Below, piece after piece: positions 17,052-27,900 of a stretch of DNA of 64,000 nucleotides. Below the pieces are notes generated by a model. It saw nothing but the letters and a program-made list of their open reading frames with translations, did no database searches and had not been told where the DNA came from. The position numbers and the translations under genes are program-made. This stretch comes from Faecalibacillus sp. (GTDB lineage Bacteria; Bacillota_I; Bacilli_A; RFN20; CAG-826), in the NCBI GenBank assembly GCA_963588175.1, contig CAVAGP010000004.1:9339-73338 (forward strand), in the 5' to 3' direction. Numbering within the stretch: the first letter of the stretch is position 1; each line of letters begins with the position of its first letter.

Positions 17052-17837
17052 ATGGATTTACAAGAACTAGGACTTCGAGAACTGTACGAAGTCACGATAA
17101 AGGCTACTTATCCTATGGAGATAAATGGTCGCTCTATAGAGGAAGGAGAAACGGTAGTAGCCTTTGATAAAATTCAAATGGCAACTCTTTCTGAGGATAA
17201 AAGTATCGTTGCAGCCACCGGAGGATACGACAATAGAGGTCGTGTTTTCTGGGAATCTACCCGTGACGTACAGATTCAATTCTCTCAAGGAGTCTTCTCT
17301 AAAGCACAGTTCGCGGTGCTAAATAATGCGAAATTACTCGAAATTCCCCAACCTATGTTGATTAACAATAGAGAGATTGTTGAGAGTGATACCGAAGGTT
17401 TAGTGAAGTTTAAATATGAGCCTTCGGGAAAGTTCTTTATCTACGACGCCGAGAGCGGCTCGCGCATAGATGAATATGAACAAATAGATGAGACGACAAT
17501 AAAGGTCGAACAGCCTTATCGTGACTACCTACTTGATTATCACTTTAACTATGCCGGCGCTACTGCTCAATTACTTGTAGGAGAGCGGCTCACTCAAGGA
17601 TTCTTCCAATTAGAAGGAAAAACGCGAACAAAAGACGATATAACAGGTCAAGTGAAGACGGGTATAATTAGGGTGCCTCGCTTGAAATTAGTATCGCGTT
17701 TATCTATGCGACTGGGGGAGAATGCCAATCCACAAGTTGGGAGCTTCAATGCTTTGGCTGTGCCGACTGGCAAGAAAGGAGAAACGAAAGTTATGGAGAT
17801 TCTCTTTCTCGATAACGACATAGATAGTGATATGTAA
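17052..17837 (+). CDS. tail-tube-like protein (paralog of the split tube gene)
   Basis: This 261-aa ORF has an RBS (GAGGAG). Its segment DKIQMATLSEDKSIVAATGGYDNRGRVFWESTRDVQIQFSQGVFSKAQFAVLNNA aligns by eye with DSLKVSTIEQTAENTSAKGGKGNVDLVMWDYGREITVTLEDALFSAKSMALMFGS in the split gene. Confidence 0.5.
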   Translation: MDLQELGLRELYEVTIKATYPMEINGRSIEEGETVVAFDKIQMATLSEDKSIVAATGGYDNRGRVFWESTRDVQIQFSQGVFSKAQFAVLNNAKLLEIPQPMLINNREIVESDTEGLVKFKYEPSGKFFIYDAESGSRIDEYEQIDETTIKVEQPYRDYLLDYHFNYAGATAQLLVGERLTQGFFQLEGKTRTKDDITGQVKTGIIRVPRLKLVSRLSMRLGENANPQVGSFNALAVPTGKKGETKVMEILFLDNDIDSDM

Positions 17838-17840
17838 TTG

Positions 17841-17880
17841 ATAGCATTAGTCTTCATTGGCTAATGCTATTTTTGTTTTT
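17841..17880 (+). terminator. intrinsic terminator / attenuator upstream of the tape measure gene
   Basis: A perfect 10-bp stem (ATAGCATTAG / CTAATGCTAT) has a 10-nt loop and is followed by TTTTGTTTTT. Confidence 0.6.
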
Positions 17881-17900
17881 GAGAGGTGAAAAAAGGAGTA

Positions 17901-19358
17901 ATGAAACAGTCAGCCACCATCAATCTATCGGTAAAAGCAGATTTGCAAGATGCTGAAAGTCGATTTAAACAGTTGAAGACGTTGGTTAATTCTATCCAGT
18001 TGCCGAACAATAGTAAGTCTACTATGACAACAGAATTAAATAATATCTTGCGGAAGGTCGAAGAATTAAAAGAGCTATCTGCTAATCCGTTAGATGAGAA
18101 TGGATACAAGCAAGCGATAAAGCTACAACAGCAAATAGAAACCAGCATGACTAAGCTCGGCAGAAGCATAAATTCTGTCAGCAACGCATCGAAAGATAAA
18201 CTTAAAAATTTAATTCCTAAATCGAATATAGATACAGTAAAAAAATTAGATACTGTATTGAACCAGATTACGCAAGATACAAAAGATCAAAGAACAGAAG
18301 CTAACAAAGTAGCTGCGGCTCTCGAAAAACAGAAGACCGCTTATGATGAGGTTTGTGAGAAGCAGAAAAAATTAAATAATTACACTAAAGAACAAGTTGA
18401 AGATGCTAACAATGCGTCCTTACAAAGTAGTTTAAGAAGTAAACAAAGTTCGGCAAAGCGGACAAAGGATAAAGCTGAAAAAACGAGAGATACTGCTGCT
18501 GAGCGCATGAAAGAGATAGAAAAAGCAGTTGGAGGTAATAAAAACCGTTACTCTCATCGAAAAGATTATCAGACTGAAAAGGATATCCGCGATGCTGCAG
18601 CAAAGGAATATAAAGAAGCTGAAAAAATATATAATGAGACTCATGCGAAGTTAGAAGAAGGCCGAACTATAATCAAACTTCAAGATGCAACAGTTGATTT
18701 TAGTACAGTAGAACAATCTTATCAGGCCGCAGTGGATAGGATGAACTCTATTTCACAAGATTTAGACTTCACACCCTATAAAGAAGCGTTGAAAGATCTC
18801 GACGTAGATATCAATGTAGATTCGATTAATTCTGTCGAAGATCTCCAAGACGCAATAAAAAAGTTAAGCGAAGAAGATTTAGATAAAACACTCCAAGCTC
18901 TTCCTGAATTGCAGGCAGCGTTTGCCAACTGTGAGACTCCAATATCAAATACGAGCGACGAATTGAGGGAAGCCAGTCAAGTATTGGACAACTTCAATCA
19001 GAAGAATGCCGAATTAGCCAATTTGAAGAATCGGATGTTAGATTTCTTTGGCATTTCTAACTCAATTCAACTGTTTAAAACCGCCGTGCGCGACGCTTAC
19101 CAAGCAATTTCTGAACTAGATGCAGAAATGACCGAAATGGCTGTTGTTACAGATTATTCGGTTAGCGACTTGTGGGATCAGTTACCATACTACACTCAGC
19201 AAGCGAACGAACTAGGAGTGGCGACAAAAGAAGCCTATGCCGCGGCCACTCTGTACTATCAGCAAGGCTTAGACACTAACCAAGTAAACTCTTTAACGAC
19301 ATCGACCTTGAAGATGGCACGTATCGCCAGTCTCGATGCCGCGACTGCAACAGACCGT
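17901..19358 (+). CDS. tail tape measure protein, exon 1
   Basis: ATG17901 follows AAAAGGAG. The sequence is long, coiled-coil-like and K/E/Q-rich, and runs into the TP901-type TMP core (...TLKMARIASLDAATATDR). CCGU at 19355-58 pairs with GCGG at 19374-77. The ORF tail EQKSYAA-stop is intron sequence. Confidence 0.75.
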
Positions 19359-20374
19359 GAACAGAAAAGTTATGCGGCTTAACGAAGCAATTCGTTAATG
19401 AAAACCCATTAAATTGCTGGAAACTCCTTAGAGCTTTATGCACAATAGTAACATAAAAAGTTATGGATGGATGTCCTGTAAAAGACATAAAGATTGGACA
19501 ATCAGCAGCCAAGTAATCGAAAGATTAAAGGTTCAACGACCAAAAGTAAAGAGAAGTCTCTTGAAAAAGTGGGCATCTTTAAAAGATGAAGATATGGTCT
19601 GAACTTTATAGAAATATAAAGGAGTGAGTAAAATATGAATCAATCAAAAAACTATCAAAAAGCTCTTCTAATATGCGAAGAAAATAAGGAATTTTTAATT
19701 TTAGATTATATAAGAGGAAAAAGCCCCAAAGTTAAATTAAAATGTCATAAATGTGGATATGAGTTTGAAAGATATTTATGTCATTTTATTCAATATCCTC
19801 ATGTTTGTCCAAAATGCTGCCCAAAAGGAAAACGACAAACAATCTCCCTTGATCAAGCACAAAAGCGAATCGATGAAATTTATGGAGAGAATTATTTAAA
19901 AATTTTAGAATATAAGGGGAACAACACAAAAACTCAGATTCAATGTCTTCACTGCGGATTAATTTTTGAGAGTGTACCATCCTCCGTTTGGAGGGGGAGG
20001 ATCAAGGGATGTCCTTCTTGTGAAAAGACTCGGAGTTTAGGGGAAGCCAGGTTGGAGAGATTCTTCAGGGAGCATCATATACAATATCAGACTCAAAAGA
20101 GATTCTTAGACTGCAAAGATGAATTAATGTTACCCTTCGATTTTTTCTTACCTCAATACAACACCTGCGTTGAGTTTCAAGGGGAACAACATTATAATTC
20201 TAAAAGTCTTCTATATTCAGAAAAATTACTTTATCACGATTCTTTAAAGAGAGAATACTGTAACTTGAACGGTATTTCTCTTATTGAAATTCCTTATTTT
20301 GATATTAATAAGATTGAAAATTATTTTACGTTCATTCGAGAATAATTAACGACTATTCTCTAACGCCCCTGATG
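19359..20374 (+). mobile_element. group I intron 5 (tape measure) with its homing-endonuclease ORF downstream of the S element (P9 region)
   Basis: Core elements: P AAATTGCTGGAAACTCC 19411-19427, Q AATCAGCAGC 19500-19509, R GTTCAACGACC 19531-19541, S GATGAAGATATGGTC 19585-19599. The ORF follows S. The intron ends ...CCCCTGATG, with the terminal G at 20374 or alternatively 20371. Confidence 0.8.
19635..20345 (+). CDS. intron-encoded putative homing endonuclease: zinc ribbons plus a Vsr/DUF559-like PD-(D/E)xK domain (same family as 2256-3176)
   Basis: RBS AAAGGAG lies upstream. CHKCG...CPKCC and CLHCG...CPSC ribbons are present. The C-terminus reads LPFDFFLPQYNTCVEFQGEQHY. Confidence 0.6.
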   Translation: MNQSKNYQKALLICEENKEFLILDYIRGKSPKVKLKCHKCGYEFERYLCHFIQYPHVCPKCCPKGKRQTISLDQAQKRIDEIYGENYLKILEYKGNNTKTQIQCLHCGLIFESVPSSVWRGRIKGCPSCEKTRSLGEARLERFFREHHIQYQTQKRFLDCKDELMLPFDFFLPQYNTCVEFQGEQHYNSKSLLYSEKLLYHDSLKREYCNLNGISLIEIPYFDINKIENYFTFIRE

Positions 20375-20842
20375 ACAAATGCTCTTCGTGGTTTCAACAT
20401 GGAGTTGAACGAAACGAACGGGCAAAGAATTGCAGACGTTTACTCGGAATTGGCCGCCGTATCGGCCACAGACGTAGACGAATTGTCTACGGCAATGACA
20501 AAAGTTGCTTCGTTGGCAAGTAGTGCTAACATGACTTTCGAGAACACTTCGGCTTTCTTGTCGCAGATTTTGGAAGTAACCCGAGAGGCGCCTGAAACAG
20601 CAGGTACCAGTTTAAAGACAATCATCGCCAGAGCCACGGAAGTAAAAAAACTCTATTCTAAAGGTGAACTTACTGGCTCGGACGAAGAAGGCGAAGCAAT
20701 TGACGTCAACGATGTTTCTGCCGCATTGCGGTCAGCAGGCATCGACTTAAACAAGTTTTTGGTTGGCGACGTCGGCTTAGATGAAATTTTTAATGAGTTG
20801 GCATCTAAGTGGGATACATTGGACGTCGTACAGCAGAGATAT
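20375..20842 (+). CDS. tail tape measure protein, exon 2 (TP901-type core)
   Basis: The sequence TNALRGFNMELNETNGQRIADVYSELAAVSATDVDELSTAMTKVASLASSANMTFENTSAFLSQILEVTREAPETAGTSLKTIIAR is the conserved TMP core pattern. The exon ends at AGAUAU 20837-42, which pairs perfectly with GUAUCU 20852-57. Confidence 0.8.
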
Positions 20843-21983
20843 TAAATGCTAGTATCTATAACCTATCTAATTGCGGGAAAATCCTGAGAGCTTTTATTAC
20901 TAAACGGCAGCAGCAATGGTGTCGTGGCGAGAGTAATGACCTCGGCATAGTAAAAAGATAAAAGATTGGATAATCCGCAGCTAAGACACGTAATCTTTAT
21001 TATTGACAATACGTCAAAGGAGATAAATATGAAAAAACAAATACAGTTAAATGGAGAATCAACTTCTTTTTGGGTATATGATAATGGAATGCTACAGAGA
21101 GAGGATACTGGTCACTGGTATAAGCCTTTTGATAATGGAGGTTATCTCAGTTATTATTTAAAGTGGAAAGGAAAAACTTATCCTTTTAGAGTGCACAGAT
21201 TACTGGCAATATACTTTATTCCGAATCCAGACAATAAACCTTTTGTACGTCATAAAGACCATGATCACTACAACAACAACCTCAATAATTTAGAGTGGGT
21301 AACAGTGAAAGAAAATAATCAAGATCGGTTGAAGCCTGCTCATCCTCCAGTCGCCCCTAAAAATTATGATTATGCAAATGAGCACTGGAAACAATATCTC
21401 GATACAGAGTTCTATGTTAGTGACCTCGGTAGAGTAAAGAATATCAGGACGAGAAATTATTTAAGAGGTAATGTACGGGAAAATGGGTATTTAAGAGTAG
21501 GACTAAGATATAATGGGAAAATTCATTCCTTTAATGTTCACAATCTCGTATGGCAAGTTTGGAGAGGACCGCAGAAGAATGTAATAGATCATATTAATGG
21601 AGATAAGCTAGATAATCGACTTTCCAATCTCCAAGATATAACTCAATCTGAGAATCTTCAAAAGGCAAGCCGAAAGGCTATGCCAATTGGTAATAGCGTA
21701 GAGAAGAACGGCCCAATAGTTAAAGTCTATACTTCTCAGGCGGCCGCTGCTCGCGCGTACAATATTAATTCGGGCAATATTAATCATGCTCTTCATGGAG
21801 GATATCGAGCAGCAGGTTATTATTGGCGCTTTTTGACAGAAGAAGATTACGTGTAAAGTTCAACGACTATCCTATAGCAGATAATGCTAGGAGTAGAAAC
21901 AATGCGTTTCGAAATGGTAGGGCTGCTATTTAGTTAGCAGATGATATAGTCTACCTTTTAAAGAAATTTAAAAGAATTTTGTG
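20843..21983 (+). mobile_element. group I intron 6 (tape measure) with an HNH homing-endonuclease ORF in the P6 region
   Basis: Core elements: P TAATTGCGGGAAAATCC 20868-20884, Q AATCCGCAGC 20972-20981, R GTTCAACGACTAT 21858-21870, S GATGATATAGTC 21940-21951. A P9 hairpin follows, then ...TTTTGTG ending at G21983. Confidence 0.85.
21029..21856 (+). CDS. HNH homing endonuclease (NUMOD4-like N-terminus, two HNH-type modules, C-terminal HTH), intron-encoded
   Basis: ATG21029 follows AAAGGAG. Motifs: VHRLLAIYFIPNPDNKPFVRHKDHDHYNNNLNNLEWVTVKENN, a second module HNLVWQVW...IDHINGDKLDNRLSNLQDITQSEN, and C-terminal SQAAAARAYNINSGNINHAL...GYYWRF. Confidence 0.85.
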   Translation: MKKQIQLNGESTSFWVYDNGMLQREDTGHWYKPFDNGGYLSYYLKWKGKTYPFRVHRLLAIYFIPNPDNKPFVRHKDHDHYNNNLNNLEWVTVKENNQDRLKPAHPPVAPKNYDYANEHWKQYLDTEFYVSDLGRVKNIRTRNYLRGNVRENGYLRVGLRYNGKIHSFNVHNLVWQVWRGPQKNVIDHINGDKLDNRLSNLQDITQSENLQKASRKAMPIGNSVEKNGPIVKVYTSQAAAARAYNINSGNINHALHGGYRAAGYYWRFLTEEDYV

Positions 21984-24900
21984 ATAGCAACTCAGATAGC
22001 TGGCAGTAGGCAGCAATCGAGATTTATTGCTCTTATGGGCGACTACGATCGACTTCTTGAATTGGAAGCCGACGCAATGAATGCTAATGGTGCGGCTGAT
22101 GATCAGTACGCAAAAACGTTAGATTCTCTAGAAACTAAACTGAATAAATTAAAGAACGCATATAATGAATTTATTATGGGTCTTGCCAATAATAAAGCTA
22201 TTAAACTTGTAATTACTGGCTTGACTGGAATTTTAAATCTTGTTAATAAAATTACTACCCTTTTTGGATTAGTAGATTCGAGTAACATTATTTCTTTCTT
22301 GCTGAAAGCAGGAGCACTGATCGCCTCTCTGGTCGGCGCTTCAAAAGGCTTGAATAAGCTATTCAGCATTAAAAAAGCTGAAACTTTTTCAAAAGCTATT
22401 TCTGCCGCGTTAAGTGGAAAAGACGTTCGATCAGAGATGAAAGAACGAATTAGCCTTGTTGAATCGCTAAATCAGGCAGCAGACAAGTTAAACCAAAAAA
22501 CTGAAAAGTTAACTGAAATCAAGAAGAAAGGTTTAAAAGAATATAAGAAAGAACAGAAAGCTGCTCAGGCGGCTGCTCAGCAAGTGGCAGAAGACGGAAC
22601 CGAAAAAACGACGGAACTGTCGGGCGCAAGGCAGGCAGCAGAGACTCGTCAAGCGAGTGCAGAAGCTCTAAAGAATACAGAAATTGAGGGCGCAAAAGAG
22701 GCTGCCGCAATTCGTATGCAAGGAGCAAAAGCAGAAGGCGAACAAGAAAAAAGCGATGCTGGCGAAGAAGCTGCGATCGAGAGCACGAGCGCCAAAGCAG
22801 AAGGTCTTCAAGAAAAAGAAGATGCGATAGATGAAAGTGCGATCGAACTGGCAGGCGCAAAAGCAGAAGGTCTGCAAGAAAAAGAAGATGCGGCCGAAGA
22901 AGCTGCAATCGAAAACGCAGGAACTGCGGTCGAAGGCCTTCAAGAAAAGGCCGGAGGATTGACCGGTGCTTTTAAAAATCTGGGAAAGAGTGCTAGTGGA
23001 ATGGCAGAAGCCTTGGGAGTCTCCTTGGGTACTCTGGGTGCAATCGCAGGGGTAGTTGCCGGTATCGCAATTGCGGTCGGCGTTTGTGTCCATCTTTGGA
23101 ATACCTTTAATGCAGACGCCAAGTTAGATCAAGCAACAGAAGCCACAGAACGAGCAAAGACTGCCGCAGACAATGCGGCCGATGCTTACGACAATCTTCT
23201 CAGTGCGAGAGATGAATATGATGATATTGTTAGTTCTCTTGATTCTCTAACCGAAGGGACAGAAGAGTGGGAGCAGAAGATACTCGAAGCCAACACACAA
23301 ATTATTGAATTACTTAATAATTATAAGCAACTCTATCGATATATGAGCGTTGGTGATAATGGCCTTATCTCTGTCGACGAAGAAGGTTGGGAAACCGTCA
23401 TTGAAGATCAAAAAGATTTGGTAGAAAAAACTCAGGCAGCTTATCTTATTGCCAGAGGACGGGAATCTGCGGCGACTAACGACACGCTGACCGCCGCACG
23501 GAAGACTAATTCCACAGATAACCAGCAAAAATGGGAAGATAGCATAAACGACATCTTCCACAATGAAGGTTGGGTGGGTGCTGTTGGTAGTCGGGAAATC
23601 TACAGATTCTCTCAAGCGGCTGAAGACGCAATTCGACAAGGAACGGATTTTGATATTGAAGACTGGGCAGAGAAAAATGTTTCTGAGTTCTCTTATATTT
23701 CTGATCGAGGTCAAAAAGAAGTTATCGCACAATTTGCACAGCTTCAAGGAGAACTCAAATCCAATTTCATTTCTGAAACTAATTCTATCCAATCGGCTAT
23801 TCTTGCTTCTATAGATCAAGATGTTTCTAATAGTGGTTATGCAAATGCTATCTCCTCATCTCTTGTAAACTCTGCCGAATATGAGGAAATGTATCAAGAC
23901 GCATATGACGAATATCATAACCACACAAGAGAGACCCTCCTTGGAATGTACAAGGAAAAGACTGGACTACAAACTGACCAAGAAGTTGCGGACCTACTGG
24001 GAATTGACGTAGATAAGCTCGGAGATGTAACTCGAAAGGAATGGAGGGACTACCTGGCACAGTTAGACTTAGCAAGTGATCTGACTGATAAAGTTAATGA
24101 AGTCTATGATAGCGTGACAGGGAGCGATTCTGAAAAAGTTATCGAGGCCATCAAGGATAAAACCAATCTCACAGATGAAGCTTTATTAGAGAGAATTCAA
24201 AGTGTAGATAGTAACATTACTAGTCTAGAGGATGTTTCTCTCGAATATTGGGAACAACTCTGGGGCGACTTGGGCTTTGATCAAACGGTTTTGGACGAAA
24301 TGACTTCTGAGTCCGACTTATTCTTGAAGTCCATGGACCAAGAGAGTGCGCGATTAACGAAGAATGAAATAGAAGCTGTCGACAAATACACCGACGAGCA
24401 GATTGAAGCTCTCTCTGAAGCCTATGATATTTCAATAGAAGAAGTAAAATCTCGTCTAGAGAAACAGCAAAATCTTTCTACCAATTCTTTTAAAAAAGCA
24501 AATGAAACGGCATCCAATACGACCAGCTATATTGCCGCCAATTTCGAAGCGGACACTGGCAATATGTCTGCCGAAGCAGCAAAACAATTAGCTGATGATT
24601 GCGACACCATTATGGACCAAATGGGTGAAGATGCGGCCGACGCTTTCTATAAAGAAGTTATCGAAACAAGCAACCAAATAGCTGAACAATTTGGAGCAAA
24701 TTCTGAGCAGTACGAACAATTTTTGTCTACTCTGACTACGTTAGATGTCTCTAATAGTCAAGAACAACTAAAGACACTCCAGACGGGATTCCAAAATGTA
24801 TTCAATCAGGTTGCAGAGGGATTCTCCTTTGAGGATATACAAGACACCGATGAATACACTGCTCTTCTGTCGGTATTGAAGAATTTCCCTGCCACTTATA

Positions 24901-27900
24901 GTGATGCATCGAATGCGGCAGAAGAATTCAAAAATATCTTGTCGAGCGGAGACTTCGGCGTTGCTGAACAGCTCAACTATATTACTCAATTCCAAGACCA
25001 GTTATCTAATGATGTAATTGGCAACTCTCTCGACGATGCCGTAGTCGCGGCGCGTGCACTTAACAGCGAACTTCCATTTGATTTTCTCGGTGACGTTAGA
25101 CTAGAAGAAATTACCGACCAATTAGTATCTGACGTTGACACCATTGTCTCTAGAGCCGAAATGCTCCAAGAAGCTTTTGATGGCATCAATGATGATCTCA
25201 CTATCGATGCTTCGGATGTAGAAAGGTTGACTGAACTCTTTCCTGAATTAGTGGCGCAGGCTCAAGTATTAGAGGACGGCACACTACAATTGAACGAATC
25301 TATGATAGATTCGACTTTGGAAGCCTACGGAATTGAGCTCGATGCCGATGCTGAAACAAAAGATGCGCAAATAGAAAACCAAATTACCCTTCTCGAAGCG
25401 GAACAAGATGCTTTACAGAATGGATTAGACGCATTTATTGAGTCCTGTAGCACCGAAGTTGACATTGATGGAGCAGTAAAAGAAGCAGAAGCTCAATTGG
25501 CCGAAGCAGAAGAGGGTACTGAGCAAGACTTAGATAATCAGACTACTTCCAACGCAGGAGACAACTATCAAAACCTCGTAGCAGATAGCTATGCGGCCTA
25601 TGCCGCAATGGCAGCTAATGCTGCTGACTCCTCGAAGAGCACTATTAGCTCTTTGCTAGCTGTTATAAAGACTGCATTCTCTATGTGGAGAAGCATTCGA
25701 ACAGGAGAAGGTGGCGAAACTTATGATGCGTCAGCCACATTCTCTGGGCAGACCATCTCCTCTAAAGCTAAAGAAGCAGTCAATAAAGTAAATGCCGCGC
25801 GCGCCGCCAGCTCTAATCCTAAAATATCAGAGCTTAGCGCCGAACAGCAGGCGAAAATCAACAACATTGCGGGACGTTACTATGAGCAGATGGCTTCTAA
25901 AACAAAACAAATTGCAGAATTGAAGTCCGCGCAGAGCAAGCTCCGAAGTAGCGTAGACGAGTCAAGAGGAACTAAAGATGATAGTGATTCTAGTTCTTCT
26001 GGTTCTGATGAGACAGATGACGTTGAATCCTTTGAGAATGAGCTTGATAAGCTCTATAATCTAGTTGCCGACCTCGAAGAGCTTGAAAGACAGCGGAATG
26101 AGCTTGAACAAGAATATGAGCGTATTATTGACCGTGAAAATACCACGGGTGCGGCAGTCCTTAAAGTTCGTGAAAAAGAGCTTCTTAACTTAAAGAAGCA
26201 AGAGGCGTATCAAAAAGCTATACTGGCCGGTCGCGAGAAAGAGATGGAAACCTATCTCAAACAGAATAGTGACCTTGCGCAGTATGCCACCTATAACTGG
26301 GATGATATGTCTGTCGAGATTGATTATGACAAAATTAATGCCTTAGTCGAGAGCGGCGATAATGAAACATACGAAAGACTTGAGGACTATATTAGTGAGC
26401 TTGAAACTATCGAAGGTAATATTGAAGATGCACAAGACAGCATCGATGATATCGGAGATGAAATTGACGATCTCTTTGACGAGCAGAAAGAAGCCTATAT
26501 CGATCTCGAAGACAAAATTTATGATGCTATCGTACAGATGCGACAAGACGAAATTGACGCGATGTCTGACCTCAGCAATTCTATTGATGACGCGAACGAT
26601 AAACTTATTAATTCTATTCAGTCTAGCGTAGACCAACTTCGGCAAGATCGAGAGAACGAAGAAACCGAACAGGATATTGCCGATATGGAGCAACGTTTGG
26701 CCTATCTGCAAATGGACACTTCTGGCGGCAATCAGCAAGAGATTCTTTCTCTCCAAGAAGAAATCGACGACAAGCGGCAAGATTATACCGATAGTCTTAT
26801 CGACCAAAAGATAAATGAGCTTGAAGAGCAAAATGATAAAGCATCGGAAGAACGGCAAGCTCAAATTGACCTTATGCAAGCTCAACTCGACTACGATGAA
26901 AAGAATGGTGTTTTTTGGACAAAAGCTCATAAAATCATGGAAGAAGCATATGATGAAGAAGGAAAACTCCTCGAGACTTCTGAGCTCGTAGAGCTCCTTC
27001 AATCAACAGACGGTTATAAAGGATTGTCTGAAACCAGTAAAATGGAATGGATGAACGAACTGGAAGATTCCGCAGCCAAAGCATGGGCTTGGATGGAGAG
27101 CGGCACAGTTATTTCGGCAGTAGAGAAGCAAACTGCTAGTTTGACGAGCTCTTTGACTAGCTTGGGAGAGACACTTGGCGCGAAGATAGCTAGTGTAGGA
27201 TACTACATTAGCAGTTCTAACTCATCCAGTAGTTCTGGTTCTAGCTCATCTAGTGGCTCTAGCTCTGGCTCGACCGCAACCTACGGAAGTACAAAAGTTA
27301 GCTCTAACTCTTCTGGTAGCAGTAACTCCTCTGGTGGCAACAATTCTTCCAAGACAACCTCGAGCACGAGTAACTATCGATATCCAACGGGATGGAGAAA
27401 ACTACCGACAAAAAATCTATCAGGAACAGGATTAACATACGACACTGGCAGCACAAAAATAAAAGATAAAACCTTGGCCGCGTCAGGTATTATGACCAAC
27501 TCTTTTGGGAGTTCTTCTGCTAACCTTACTTATTATCGTATTTCTTCTCTAACAAAAACAGCCTCAAAAGGAGGAACTCGGAAAGTCAGTGCTACAGAAA
27601 AGGTTAAAAAATCTTACGCAACTAAAGATGGAGTAGTATACTTAAAACTTAGTGGGGGAAATTCAGACACCTGGGTCCGACAGGATAGCTTCTATAAGAA
27701 ATATAAAACCGGCGGTGTAGCCGATTTCACAGGGCTGGCCTGGTTAGACGGCACGAAGTCTAAACCTGAGATTGTTCTCAATCAGTCTGATTCTCAAAAC
27801 TTCCTTGCATTAAAGGATGTCCTCGCTGATGCGGTAAGGGGCGGCTTCGGTTCCTCTTCTAGTGCATCCGCAGAAACTTCCCAATATGCGATCGATGTAG

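Noticed and set aside
20966-21028. The longer 296-aa version of the TMP-intron HNH ORF, starting at TTG20966.
   Set aside because: The extension overlaps the Q element and has no RBS. ATG21029 is preceded by AAAGGAG at proper spacing.
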